Below, piece by piece: positions 17,614 through 26,807 of a stretch of DNA of 42,935 nucleotides. Position 1 is the stretch's first letter. Each line of letters starts with the position of its first letter. Where the stretch lies: assembly GCA_018262735.1 (NCBI GenBank), contig JADFDR010000001.1, positions 1 to 42,935 on the forward strand, in the 5' to 3' direction. The stretch is from Geobacter sp. Lineage in GTDB: Bacteria; Myxococcota_A; UBA9160; JADFDR01. A program made the position numbers and the translations under genes. The notes beneath the pieces are model-generated. The model saw only the letters and a list, made by a program, of their open reading frames with translations. It was not told where the DNA came from and did not search any database.

Positions 17614-17953
17614 CGTTCCTTCCTCCGCACGCTACTCTTTGCGTCGCACTTTTGTGTCTCGCTCCGACAGCGTGCTCAAAAACCGAATTTTCTCGCTTGC
17701 ATTCGCCCTTACCAAACTGCGCTCAGCGCCCTCAATCGCACTCGATGGCGTCCGACACAAAAATGCGAAAGTGCACGCTTGGCGTCTTGGCTCGTTCTGG
17801 CTTTGCTTTGCATTCCACACTGAACTTCGCCACGAACTTCACTGCAAATTTCAAAAGAAGCCTTCCCGCTCGCCCCTCGCAACACACGCATCCACGCTTT
17901 GCGTCGCGCAACACGATATGCGTCCAAACGCACGCGAAACTGCGCGGGAAAAG

Positions 17954-17982
17954 ACGGTAGCTACCGAGCGAAACGGGGTCAA
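17954..17982 (-). promoter_or_regulatory. Putative sigma70 promoter for pdxS-pdxT, overlapped by the 12-bp palindrome CGGTAGCTACCG
   Basis: Minus strand TTGACC-N17-TACCGT; perfect palindrome at 17955-17966 covers the -10 element. Confidence 0.5.
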
Positions 17983-18056
17983 TTCAAGGCCGGCCGCCAC
18001 CGGCTTGCATCGTGTGCAAGCGCAAACCCCAGACTTTGGGTACAGCAAACACAAGG

Positions 18057-18161
18057 GCCTCTGATTCATTCGTCCCACAACCGCAAATGGACTTTCTACC
18101 GACGAAAAACATCAGCCCTGGTTTGCGCGAAAGTTCTCACGAAAGAAAATGAATCCGAGGC
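18057..18161 (+). repeat. ~105-bp REP/MITE-like element, copy A
   Basis: Terminal inverted repeats GCCTCTGATTCATT / AATGAATCCGAGGC (13/14 complementary); core TTTCTACCGACGAAAAACATC. Confidence 0.8.
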
Positions 18162-18190
18162 TTCCAAGGCCAGACTCAACTCGCGGAGGC

Positions 18191-19588
18191 TTACGCCTCC
18201 TGCTTTTGCCTAGACAAAACAAGCCGCAGGACGAACAGACCCGCGATCGTCGCCACCACAGATCCGGCAAGAATTCCAATTTTCGAACCGGCCGCAAAAA
18301 CAGGCTCGTTGAATGCAAGCGCCGTTACGAAAAGTGCGACGGTAAAACCGACGCCGCCAAACACACTCACGCCGAACAAAGACAACCACGTTGCGTTTCG
18401 CGGTAGCGCGGCAAACCCGAGTTTCACCGCGAGGAAACTAAACAGCGTGATCCCAAGCGGCTTACCAAAGACAAGGCCGGTTCCTACGGCTACTGCGACC
18501 TTCATCGCATCCGCATTGCCAAGCACGTTTCCATCAATCTGCACGCCCGCGTTGGCCAGCGCAAAAATCGGCATCACGACGAAGGCAACCCAGGGATGAA
18601 GCAAGTTGGTCAAGAAATCGAGCGGCGAGATCACAGTGCGGCTCGCTCCTTGAATTTTACGCAGCGCCGCCAAGCGACGGTGTCCGCCATGATCCGCATC
18701 CTCGCCGTTTTGCAGCGTTTCACGCAACGATTCGAGTCCGTGCATCACGCGATTCATGACACTTTCTCGTGGCGCCTCGGTCCGGCTCGGCGTCAAAAAG
18801 CCAATGATGACGCCTGCCACAGTTGCGTGTATACCCGAACGCAACATGGCATACCAACAACAAGCGCCAAGCAGCGTGTACAGCAGATACGAACGGAAAC
18901 CCGCCTTGTTGCAAAACCAAATGACAAGCAACACGAAAGCCGCGCCAAGCAAAGCCAACGCCGAAATTTGACTGCTGTAAAACAACGCAATCACGAGCAC
19001 TGCGCCAAGATCGTCGGCAATGGCGAGCGCCAGCAGGAACACCTTCAGGCCCGACGGAACACGATCGCCGAGCACCGAGAGTGCTGCCACCGCAAACGCG
19101 ATATCCGTCGCCATGGGAATTCCCCAGCCATGCTGTGCCGGACCACCCGCGAGATACATCAAATAAATGAGTGCAGGACAAACCATTCCGCCGAGCGCAC
19201 CAAAAATCGGCAACATGGCTTTCTTGAAATCCGCAAGCTCGCCATACGCAAGTTCGCGTTTGATCTCCATACCAACGACAAAAAAGAAGATCGCCATCAA
19301 CGCATCGTTGACCCACGCTTCGAGCGTGAGCGAAACGACCGGAAACATTCCGCTCAGAACACCGGGCGCATCGTGACTCACACCGACGGTAAGCACCGTT
19401 GTCCAGAAGTGGTGATACGACTCGCCGAGCGCACCCGGAAGATTGGCCCAAACCAGGGCTGCGATGGAAACGAAGAGCAAGAGCAGTGCGCTCGAAATTT
19501 CGATCTGCGAAAACCGCACGAACGGTTCCGTCAAGCGATCGGCGAGTTTCAGCTCTTTCATCGTGTTGCGGGAATCCGTCGTGTGCAT
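18191..19588 (-). CDS. nhaA: Na+/H+ antiporter NhaA
   Basis: WVNDALMAIFFF.VGMEIKRE, GWGIPMATDIAF, LAIADDLGA, PIFALANAG, GKPLGI, GVGFTVALF; start uncertain (19561, 19588 or 19612). Confidence 0.95.
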   Translation of the reverse strand: MHTTDSRNTMKELKLADRLTEPFVRFSQIEISSALLLLFVSIAALVWANLPGALGESYHHFWTTVLTVGVSHDAPGVLSGMFPVVSLTLEAWVNDALMAIFFFVVGMEIKRELAYGELADFKKAMLPIFGALGGMVCPALIYLMYLAGGPAQHGWGIPMATDIAFAVAALSVLGDRVPSGLKVFLLALAIADDLGAVLVIALFYSSQISALALLGAAFVLLVIWFCNKAGFRSYLLYTLLGACCWYAMLRSGIHATVAGVIIGFLTPSRTEAPRESVMNRVMHGLESLRETLQNGEDADHGGHRRLAALRKIQGASRTVISPLDFLTNLLHPWVAFVVMPIFALANAGVQIDGNVLGNADAMKVAVAVGTGLVFGKPLGITLFSFLAVKLGFAALPRNATWLSLFGVSVFGGVGFTVALFVTALAFNEPVFAAGSKIGILAGSVVATIAGLFVLRLVLSRQKQEA

Positions 19589-19839
19589 CTCGTTGCTCTC
19601 TCCACTTCTCATTTCGTCTGCAATTTCAGCTTCAATTTTCAACAACGCCAAAAATTCGCGCGCTTGACTCGAGGCGTCGCAAACCACTCGGTGAAACAAA
19701 AATGTGAGCTTGCGCTCCGATTTCGTTTCGCCTTCGATTGCAGCACCCAAAACTTTGCAACCGACCCGGCGGTCAGGAGCGACAATTTAACACGCTCTTG
19801 CATGAGAAAAAGGAAGGCGCGACAAAATCGCTCCGGGGA

Positions 19840-19943
19840 GCCTCGGATTCATTTCGCTTCGCGAATGCGAATTGCATTTTCCACCGACGGAAAGCATCCA
19901 TCTGGCTTCAAAAAGCACTCGAAAAGCGGAATGGAGTAGAGGC
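19840..19943 (+). repeat. ~105-bp REP/MITE-like element, copy B (abuts the pth stop codon)
   Basis: GCCTCGGATTCATTTCGC...TTTCCACCGACGGAAAGCATC...CTCGAAAAGCGGAATGGAGTAGAGGC; colinear with the reverse complement of 29101-29203. Confidence 0.8.
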
Positions 19944-20533
19944 TAGACTTTTGCTTTTGGATTGCGCTCAGCCGCGTTGTAGCGGGTCATCGCTGCTGCA
20001 ATCTCGCCGCGGATCACGAGTTCGAGCGCGTCGACGGCGTCGTCGATGCGGCTTGCGAGCTGTTCTTCTTCGACGCGCGAAAATTTTTGTAAAACGTAGT
20101 CGGACGTATTCATTTGCGCCGAGCGTCCGATGCCGAAGCGCAATCGCGGAAAATCTTTGCGACCAATTCGCGCGATGATGTCGGCAAGGCCTTTTTGGCC
20201 GCCGGCTCCGCCGGACTCCTTAATGCGAATCTGGCCCAATTCGAGATCGACATCGTCGGAGATCACGATCAAATCCTGCGCCGGATCTGCGACGGGCAAG
20301 AGCCGGAGTGCCGCCGCCACGGCTTTGCCGGAAAGATTCATATAGGTTTGCGGACAAAGCAGGCCAACGTCTTCGCCGGCGAAAGAACCGCGCCCAAAAA
20401 GCGAATCGAATTTGGGCGTTTGCAAACGAATGCCGCTGCGTTCACTCAAACGTCCGACGACGCGAAAGCCGATGTTGTGCCGGGTCGCAGCGTACTCTTT
20501 GCCTGGATTTCCGAGTCCAACGACGAGCTTCAC
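19943..20533 (-). CDS. pth: Peptidyl-tRNA hydrolase
   Basis: LVVGLGNPG.EY..TRHNIGF, PQTYMNLSG, RLRFGIGR, YVL..F. Confidence 0.97.
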   Translation of the reverse strand: MKLVVGLGNPGKEYAATRHNIGFRVVGRLSERSGIRLQTPKFDSLFGRGSFAGEDVGLLCPQTYMNLSGKAVAAALRLLPVADPAQDLIVISDDVDLELGQIRIKESGGAGGQKGLADIIARIGRKDFPRLRFGIGRSAQMNTSDYVLQKFSRVEEEQLASRIDDAVDALELVIRGEIAAAMTRYNAAERNPKAKV

Positions 20534-20613
20534 CGCAGCGCAACCTCATGCCGGAATCGAGGAGGTACCTCGAGCAACGCACGCGCAGGCGGGCTTTGCA
20601 CCCGCCACGCGCG

Positions 20614-21267
20614 CTACTTCCCCTTGGCTTCGGTCTTGGTTTCCGGCGTCGCTGCCGGCGCAGCCGCAGCCGCCGCAGCGGGCTGATCTTCGATCGCCGA
20701 GCGCGTGCTCGCCACCGTCGCCACCGTCACGTCAAGCGCGGTCACCGGCTTCACGCCGGCCGGGAATACGATGTCGCTCACATGCAACGACTGACCGACA
20801 CCAAGCTGTGACACGTCAAGATTGAAGTGCGACGGAATTTGCGTCGGCAAACAGCTCACTTCGATTTCACGACGCATATGATCGAGCACGCCGGAGTCGA
20901 GCGTCACGCCAACCGGAATGCCTTGAAGCTCGACGCGCACGTTCACCACCACCATCGCTTTGTCATCAATGCGATAGAAGTCGACGTGGATCACGGCTCC
21001 CGTCACCGGTTCGCGTTGCAGCGACTTCGTCATCACATGCGCGTTTTTCTCTTTGCCACCCTCGATCTTGAGATCGATCACGGTGTTGATGCCTTGCTCG
21101 CTCGTCGCAAGCAATTCCGTCAACACTTTCAGGTTTAGGGCAAGGCCAACGTTGCCTTTGCCGCTGCCGTACAAAACCGCCGGGATCTGGCCCTTCGCGC
21201 GAAGTTTGCGCGCAACGCCTTTGCCACTGTTTTCTCGATATTCCACCGTCAGAGTCCGGATGCTCAC
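20614..21267 (-). CDS. rplY: 50S ribosomal protein L25/Ctc
   Basis: GTG 21267 after AGGAG; GKGVARKLR..G.IPAVLYG, HVDFY, C-terminal Ctc domain. Confidence 0.95.
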   Translation of the reverse strand: MSIRTLTVEYRENSGKGVARKLRAKGQIPAVLYGSGKGNVGLALNLKVLTELLATSEQGINTVIDLKIEGGKEKNAHVMTKSLQREPVTGAVIHVDFYRIDDKAMVVVNVRVELQGIPVGVTLDSGVLDHMRREIEVSCLPTQIPSHFNLDVSQLGVGQSLHVSDIVFPAGVKPVTALDVTVATVASTRSAIEDQPAAAAAAAPAATPETKTEAKGK

Positions 21268-21281
21268 GACTCTTCTCCTAA

Positions 21282-22220
21282 CTATACGAAGAGAGAACTT
21301 ACGCTCTCTTCGTTGTTGATTCGCCGAATCGCTTCGCCGAGGAGTTCGGCGGTCGACACGACGTGCAATTTTGAACACGCTTCTGCCTCGGCGCGGAGCG
21401 GGATCGTATCGGTGACGATCACTTCGCGCAGGGGCGATTCTTCGATGCGCTTGATCGCCGGCCCCGAAAGTACCGGGTGCGTCAGCGCCGCATACACAGA
21501 TTTTGCGCCGGCATTTATTAGCGCATTTGCGGCTTCTGTCAGGGTCCCTGCGGTATCAACCATGTCATCGACGATCACGCAGGTCGATTCACGCACGTCT
21601 CCGATGATGTGCATCACTTCCGAGACATTGGCTCGCTCGCGACGTTTGTCGATGATCGCAAGCCGTGCCCCGAGGCGCTTGGCGTAGCTACGAGCGCGCT
21701 CCACACCTCCGGCGTCCGGCGAAATGATCGTCACATCACCCGGCACGCGCATACGAATTGCCTGAAGCAAAACCGGCATCGCATACAAATTATCGACGGG
21801 AATATTGAAAAAACCCTGGATCTGCCCGGCGTGCAAGTCAACGCAAAGCACGCGATCCGCACCGGCTGTCGAAATGAGATCTGCCACCAACTTTGCGGTA
21901 ATCGGCATTCGCGGGCGAGCTTTGCGATCCTGGCGGGCATACCCGTAATAAGGAATCACCGACGTCACACGCCGTGCCGACGATCGCCGCAACGCATCTT
22001 GGATCACAAGCAATTCCATCAAGTGATTGTTCGACGGCGAACAAGTGGACTGAATCACGAAGCAATCCATGCCGCGCACGTTCTCTTCGATCTCGACGCT
22101 GACTTCTCCGTCGGAAAATTGGCCGACCTGCGCTTTGCCCACCTCCATTTTGAGATAAGCGCAAATTGCACTTGCAAGCGGTTTGTTCGAGTTGCCGGCG
22201 AAGATCTTCATATCTTTCAT
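21282..22220 (-). CDS. prs: Ribose-phosphate pyrophosphokinase
   Basis: [46 protein letters not shown]. Confidence 0.98.
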   Translation of the reverse strand: MKDMKIFAGNSNKPLASAICAYLKMEVGKAQVGQFSDGEVSVEIEENVRGMDCFVIQSTCSPSNNHLMELLVIQDALRRSSARRVTSVIPYYGYARQDRKARPRMPITAKLVADLISTAGADRVLCVDLHAGQIQGFFNIPVDNLYAMPVLLQAIRMRVPGDVTIISPDAGGVERARSYAKRLGARLAIIDKRRERANVSEVMHIIGDVRESTCVIVDDMVDTAGTLTEAANALINAGAKSVYAALTHPVLSGPAIKRIEESPLREVIVTDTIPLRAEAEACSKLHVVSTAELLGEAIRRINNEESVSSLFV

Positions 22221-22278
22221 GCATTGTCCTGCGGTTCGGGTTTCGGTTTCGCCTGAGATTGTCGCAGATGGAGAGCGC

Positions 22279-22349
22279 TTGGGGAGGGAGGAATCGAACC
22301 TCCATTCTCGGATTCAAAGTCCGGTGTCCTGCCGTTAGACGACTCCCCA
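22279..22349 (-). tRNA. tRNA-Gln(UUG), CCA not encoded
   Basis: TGGGGAG acceptor / CTCCCCA, D-arm GTCTAACGGCAGGAC, anticodon loop CTTTGAA, T-arm GGAGG-TTCGATT-CCTCC; usual ispE-tRNA-Gln-prs position. Confidence 0.95.
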
Positions 22350-22471
22350 GCAAACTCAAGCAAAGCTTATCCACTTGCCAAAACATACAGCGTGCTTCGC
22401 ATCTCACTCGGTCTGCGCGGCATACCGTGGCACGCACAAAACCGCGAAACACACTCCCTCTCGTCCGACAC

Positions 22472-23569
22472 TCACGCGAGACCGTGCGGGCGAGTCGTTG
22501 CAACTTCGAGCCAAAGCTCGGAAAACCTCAAAGCCCGCGAAGCAGCACACTCCGAACTCGCCAGGCTTTCGCGCAATCGGTGCTGCGCTTCGTGCGCGGC
22601 ACTTTCCGTTTCAAAAATGCCGTACACCGTCGGACCGCTTCCGCTCAGGCCCACTGCACTCGCTCCGGCGTGTTCGAGACCTTCGCGAAGCCGAGTGACT
22701 GCCGCGCAGAGTGTCGCCGCCGCAGGCTCGAGATCGTTGCGCAGCAAAGTCGTCCAAAGCGACGTCGTGCTTGATTGAGTGATCTGCACTTCTTGTTTTT
22801 CTTGCCGTTTCAAACCGCTTTGCGTGCTGAAATCCGCCGCTTCCCTGCATGCGTTTTTCGTCGGTGTTTGCTGCGCAAGGCACCAAGCGTTTTCACGGAG
22901 CCCAAAAACCGCCCGCATCGTAGAACCTGCCTCGGACATCGTCAACGAGTTCGCATCGGCATCGTAGGCGCGGTACACCTCGGCCGTCGCAAGCGGCACG
23001 CCCGGATTTGCAAGAAGGAGCGTCCACTCGGGCAGCAAGTCGAGCGGCGCGATTTTTTCTCCAATGCCCGTGACGAGTGCAGGTCGCGGATCGAGGAAAA
23101 AAGGCAAATCTGCGCCAAGACCAAGCGCAAGTTTTGCAAGCTCTTCGCCGGAAAACGCGTCCGGGAAAATTGTGGCAAGGCCGCGCAAAACCGCTGCGGC
23201 ATCGCTTGAACCTCCACCAAGGCCAGCTGCCGCCGGAATTTTCTTCACCAACGTGAGCTGCAAATGCGCCGACACCTGCGCTGCGTCGAGAAATCTTTGT
23301 GCAGCCCGAAAGGCGAGATTGCGTGCATCGCGCGGCACCGCATCAACACATATTTGCGTATCTCGTGCGCGCAACACTTCCAGTTCGATTTGCGTTTTGC
23401 TCGCGGGAGCAACCTCGATCTCGAGTTCGTCTGCCAACGAGAGCGGCACGAACACGCTCTCGAGTTCGTGATATCCGTCGCTGCGGCGTCCCAAAATCTT
23501 GAGACCGAGATTGATTTTTGCCGGTGCACACAGGCGCAAACTGCGCCGGGAAGACTCAGCCACGCGCAT
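22472..23569 (-). CDS. ispE: 4-diphosphocytidyl-2-C-methyl-D-erythritol kinase (with a ~50-aa insertion)
   Basis: APAKINLGL....RSDGYHEL, KKIPAAAGLGGGSSDAA, LGADLPFF, NDLE, LSGSGPTV. Confidence 0.95.
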   Translation of the reverse strand: MRVAESSRRSLRLCAPAKINLGLKILGRRSDGYHELESVFVPLSLADELEIEVAPASKTQIELEVLRARDTQICVDAVPRDARNLAFRAAQRFLDAAQVSAHLQLTLVKKIPAAAGLGGGSSDAAAVLRGLATIFPDAFSGEELAKLALGLGADLPFFLDPRPALVTGIGEKIAPLDLLPEWTLLLANPGVPLATAEVYRAYDADANSLTMSEAGSTMRAVFGLRENAWCLAQQTPTKNACREAADFSTQSGLKRQEKQEVQITQSSTTSLWTTLLRNDLEPAAATLCAAVTRLREGLEHAGASAVGLSGSGPTVYGIFETESAAHEAQHRLRESLASSECAASRALRFSELWLEVATTRPHGLA

Positions 23570-25025
23570 CGTCCTTGATGACCACGAAACGCGTCTGCGG
23601 ACCGCGTCGCGTCAGGAACAAAACATTGCCGTTCTTTTCGTACGCTTCGAGGATCTTGAGATAATCCTTCGCCGTTTGCAGCGTCACGCGCTGGCCCGGC
23701 TCGCGCTCTCCGTACAAAAGCAAATCTCCGACGCGAAGCCCCGCCTGATCGGCAGGACTGCCTTTGTGTACCGCGACGACAACGAGGCCAGCTTCCCCCG
23801 AAAGCGAGAATTCACGACGCAAATCAGGAGTGCTCGGCAAGACCTGCAAGCCCAGGACGTCTTTGGGAATTTTGTCTTGCGGAATGCTCTCGTCGGGACG
23901 CACGCGCTCGGCAAGCGTCAGTTTGAAACTTACTTCTTCGCTGCCACGCCAAACCTTGGCCACGACCTCGCCGCCGGGAACCGACTGCGCGAGGGCACGA
24001 TGGAGCGCGCGTGACGACGTAATCTCACGACCGGCAAACGAAGTGAGCACATCTTCGGCGTGCAAGCCCGCTTGCTCCGCCGGACTGCCCGATACAGTGC
24101 CCGTAATCAAAACGCCGCGATCACGATCCATGCGCAAACTCTTGGCAAGATCGCTCGTCAAGTTCTGAACCTGAATTCCGGCCCAACCGCGCGTGATGTA
24201 TCCCTTCGTGCTGAGATCGGGAAGAAAAGCGCGCACGAGATCGATGGGAACGGCAAACCCAATTTTGTGTCCCGAAGCAACGATCGCGGTATTGATACCA
24301 ACGACATTGCCACGCGTATCGACAAGCGGCCCTCCGCTACTCCCCGGATTCACGAGAGCGTCGGTTTGGATGAAATCGTCAAAGTCTCCGTAGTGAAGAT
24401 CGCGTTGCAAACCGCTCACGACACCGACGGAAAGCGAACCGTCGAGTCCAAAGGGGCTCCCGAACGCCACCACCTGTTCGCCAATCCGCAGTTCCGAGGA
24501 ATGTCCGAGTTTCAGATACGGCAGCGACTTGCCCTTCGGCACGCCCTGCAATTGCAACAAGGCAATGTCGAGCCCTTTGTCGCTCCCAAGCACGCGCGCC
24601 GCAAAGACGCGCCCGTCGGAGAGCTTCACGCGAAGTTCCGAAAAATCCGCAACCACATGTTCCGAGGTCAGCACCAGGCCGCGTGCACTCACGAGAAACC
24701 CTGAGCCGCCTCCCATCTCTTCGCGATTCGGATCGAACTCTTCGAGCGAATCGTCAAACAATCCCTCGACGTCGGAAACCTGCGGCAAAACGCTTACGAC
24801 GCTCGGCAGCGAGCGTTCACCGAGGGTGACGTAGATGTCTCCGGGCAACGAGTCGCGCAGAGGATTGCCCGAACCCACAACGTACAGGCTCGACGCATCT
24901 TCCCAGAAGCGCTCGGATTTTCCAGCGCGTGCCTCCTTTTTTTCTTCGGCCAAGCCCGGCACCGCCGAAGACAAAACCAACAGGCTCAAAACGCCAAACA
25001 CGAGCTGGGCACGCAACCTCGACAT
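23556..25025 (-). CDS. HtrA/DegP-family serine endoprotease with PDZ domains
   Basis: Signal peptide, GSGFLV, TSEHVV (His), DIALL (Asp), IQTDALVNPGSSGGPL (Ser), PDZ segments GSPAEQAGL and GSPADQAGL; TGATG overlap with the upstream gene. Confidence 0.9.
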   Translation of the reverse strand: MSRLRAQLVFGVLSLLVLSSAVPGLAEEKKEARAGKSERFWEDASSLYVVGSGNPLRDSLPGDIYVTLGERSLPSVVSVLPQVSDVEGLFDDSLEEFDPNREEMGGGSGFLVSARGLVLTSEHVVADFSELRVKLSDGRVFAARVLGSDKGLDIALLQLQGVPKGKSLPYLKLGHSSELRIGEQVVAFGSPFGLDGSLSVGVVSGLQRDLHYGDFDDFIQTDALVNPGSSGGPLVDTRGNVVGINTAIVASGHKIGFAVPIDLVRAFLPDLSTKGYITRGWAGIQVQNLTSDLAKSLRMDRDRGVLITGTVSGSPAEQAGLHAEDVLTSFAGREITSSRALHRALAQSVPGGEVVAKVWRGSEEVSFKLTLAERVRPDESIPQDKIPKDVLGLQVLPSTPDLRREFSLSGEAGLVVVAVHKGSPADQAGLRVGDLLLYGEREPGQRVTLQTAKDYLKILEAYEKNGNVLFLTRRGPQTRFVVIKDDARG

Positions 25026-25414
25026 CAACTCTCCTTGACCACTTTCATGCGTAGTTCATAAATCAAACTGTTTAGAAGATTCGCCTCGGCGGGCTCCAGA
25101 TTTCCGACGGTCTTTTCCTGGAGTAACTCCAAAGTGTCAATCGTCTGTCGCACGAGTACGAGATTTTTTTCGCCGGTTTTTCCAGTCGTTGGATCTGCGA
25201 GTTCTCCCAAATGGTAAAGCGCCGAGGTCGAGAGCGAGAGCACGAAGGTCGAAAAATCGACTTTCAACAATTCCGACTTTGTTTTTCCGTCGGTCGCTTT
25301 GACAGTTTTGGCTGAATCGGACACGAATCGACTCCTCGTAGCAACGCTGCTTTTGAACACCGAAAAAAGTTTCTTCTTCCCTAGATCGTCGCGGTGCAGT
25401 GCAAAATCGCCCAT
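25025..25414 (-). CDS. DUF1844-family protein
   Basis: DFSTFVLSL..SAL.HLGE..DP.TG....NL.L.RQTID.LELL.EKT.GNL...E..LL..LIYELRM signature. Confidence 0.85.
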   Translation of the reverse strand: MGDFALHRDDLGKKKLFSVFKSSVATRSRFVSDSAKTVKATDGKTKSELLKVDFSTFVLSLSTSALYHLGELADPTTGKTGEKNLVLVRQTIDTLELLQEKTVGNLEPAEANLLNSLIYELRMKVVKES

Positions 25415-25521
25415 GGCGCGACGCTCTCTCGCAACCCAATCGCAACCTCCGACGCATTGCGATTCGTTTCCTACACATCATCGCGTAATGCAACACAGAA
25501 CTGCTACGCATCGACACAAAT

Positions 25522-26187
25522 TCACGTAGTGCTTGAATCCGCGCCTCGAACCGCTGCGTCCGGCGACGCAGATGCCGCCTTGCGATCCAAAAAATCAAGT
25601 TGACGTTTGGCCAGAATCAAGCGCTGAGCGACCGTGATAGTACCGCAAACTGCGAGAACCCCGAGTGCGATCGCGAGACTATCGACACGCCCGACAAACG
25701 GCTCCGCAATCGCTCCGAGTGCAAGCACCATGACCCGTTCGCCACGCTCGAAAAAACCCGCTTTGAACTCGGCGAGAAATGCCTCGGCGCGCGCCTTCGT
25801 GTACGAAGTCAATAAGCCCATCACGAGTGCGTAGGAAGCAAGTAGCGCCAAAGCGAGGCGGTCGCTGCATGCGTAGTGGAGCGCGAGTCCCAGAAAAAAC
25901 AAAAGATCCGCCAAGCGATCGAGCGTCGAATCGAGCAACGCTCCAAAACGCGTCGCAAGACCAAAGTGGCGGGCCACGGCACCGTCTGCGAGATCGAAGA
26001 AGCCGCTCGCGAGTACGAGCAAACCCGCTACGAAAAAAGCGCCGTTGAAAAAGGCGAAGGCTGCACCGACGGAAAAAACGCTGCCACACAGCGTCAGCCA
26101 GTTCGGCGCGATGGGGCGCCAGAACAAAAAGGGGCAAAGCGTCCGAAAGGCGCTTTCCGTCTGTCGTGAAAATTTTTCCTTGAGCAC
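25522..26187 (-). CDS. CDP-alcohol phosphatidyltransferase family protein
   Basis: PNWLT, signature DLADGAVAR......TRFGALLDSTLDR, SYTKARAE, ERGER; GTG after GGAGG. Confidence 0.9.
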   Translation of the reverse strand: MLKEKFSRQTESAFRTLCPFLFWRPIAPNWLTLCGSVFSVGAAFAFFNGAFFVAGLLVLASGFFDLADGAVARHFGLATRFGALLDSTLDRLADLLFFLGLALHYACSDRLALALLASYALVMGLLTSYTKARAEAFLAEFKAGFFERGERVMVLALGAIAEPFVGRVDSLAIALGVLAVCGTITVAQRLILAKRQLDFLDRKAASASPDAAVRGADSSTT

Positions 26188-26374
26188 GGCCCGCCTCCAG
26201 CGCGACCAACTCGAACTTCGCAGGCTCCGCGAACCTCACGTCGGAGCAGAACACCAACGCAATCCACGTCCGCACGGCGCGATCGCGCGCAAACGCACAA
26301 GGCAACCTCGGCGAAACGCTTGCCTTGCGGATTGATCCGTCTCTTCGCCGCTCGCCTCGCTCAGCACGCGACCA

Positions 26375-26563
26375 CTAGGACGGATCTGTGCTTTCTACCG
26401 CACCACTCGCATCCCCCTCGATCACGTCTTCTTCCGCGGCGCATTTGTGCGACACGTCCGGCAAGGCTTCGAGTTGCGCAGAAAGCTCTTCGCTTTCCAT
26501 CCAACCATTGCGTCGATAAAGGCGCTTGTCTTCACGAAGGCGTTTCGCAGCGTCACTCAACAT
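26375..26563 (-). CDS. Small hypothetical protein (62 aa)
   Basis: RBS GAGGAG before ATG 26563; DKRLYRRNGWMESEELSAQLEALPDVS resembles small proteins recalled from deltaproteobacteria (not verified). Confidence 0.65.
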   Translation of the reverse strand: MLSDAAKRLREDKRLYRRNGWMESEELSAQLEALPDVSHKCAAEEDVIEGDASGAVESTDPS

Positions 26564-26731
26564 CGTCGTTCTCCTCTTTTTCAGTTTCGCAATTCGCGCG
26601 ATTCGCGATGCTGCGATTTCTATTGTATTGGGGGTGGCGCCTCCAACTCTCCGTCGGAGCGATGCGGCTACCTCCGGCAATGCCCGAGGCAAACCTTCCG
26701 CGAATCGCGCGGCGGGCCGGACCTTAGCAAA

Positions 26732-26761
26732 TTGACAGGATTTCGGTCGATCGGTTAGCGT
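26732..26761 (+). promoter_or_regulatory. Putative sigma70 promoter for the bamD operon
   Basis: TTGACA-N18-TAGCGT, ~47 nt upstream of GTG 26808. Confidence 0.5.
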
Positions 26762-26807
26762 GCCCAACGCCTGCTCGTCCATTTGAAAACCGCATGAGGT
26801 CCAAGCC

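Noticed and set aside
22367..22375. DnaA-box-like TTATCCACT upstream of tRNA-Gln
   Set aside because: Single 8/9 match, with no box cluster or AT-rich unwinding element.
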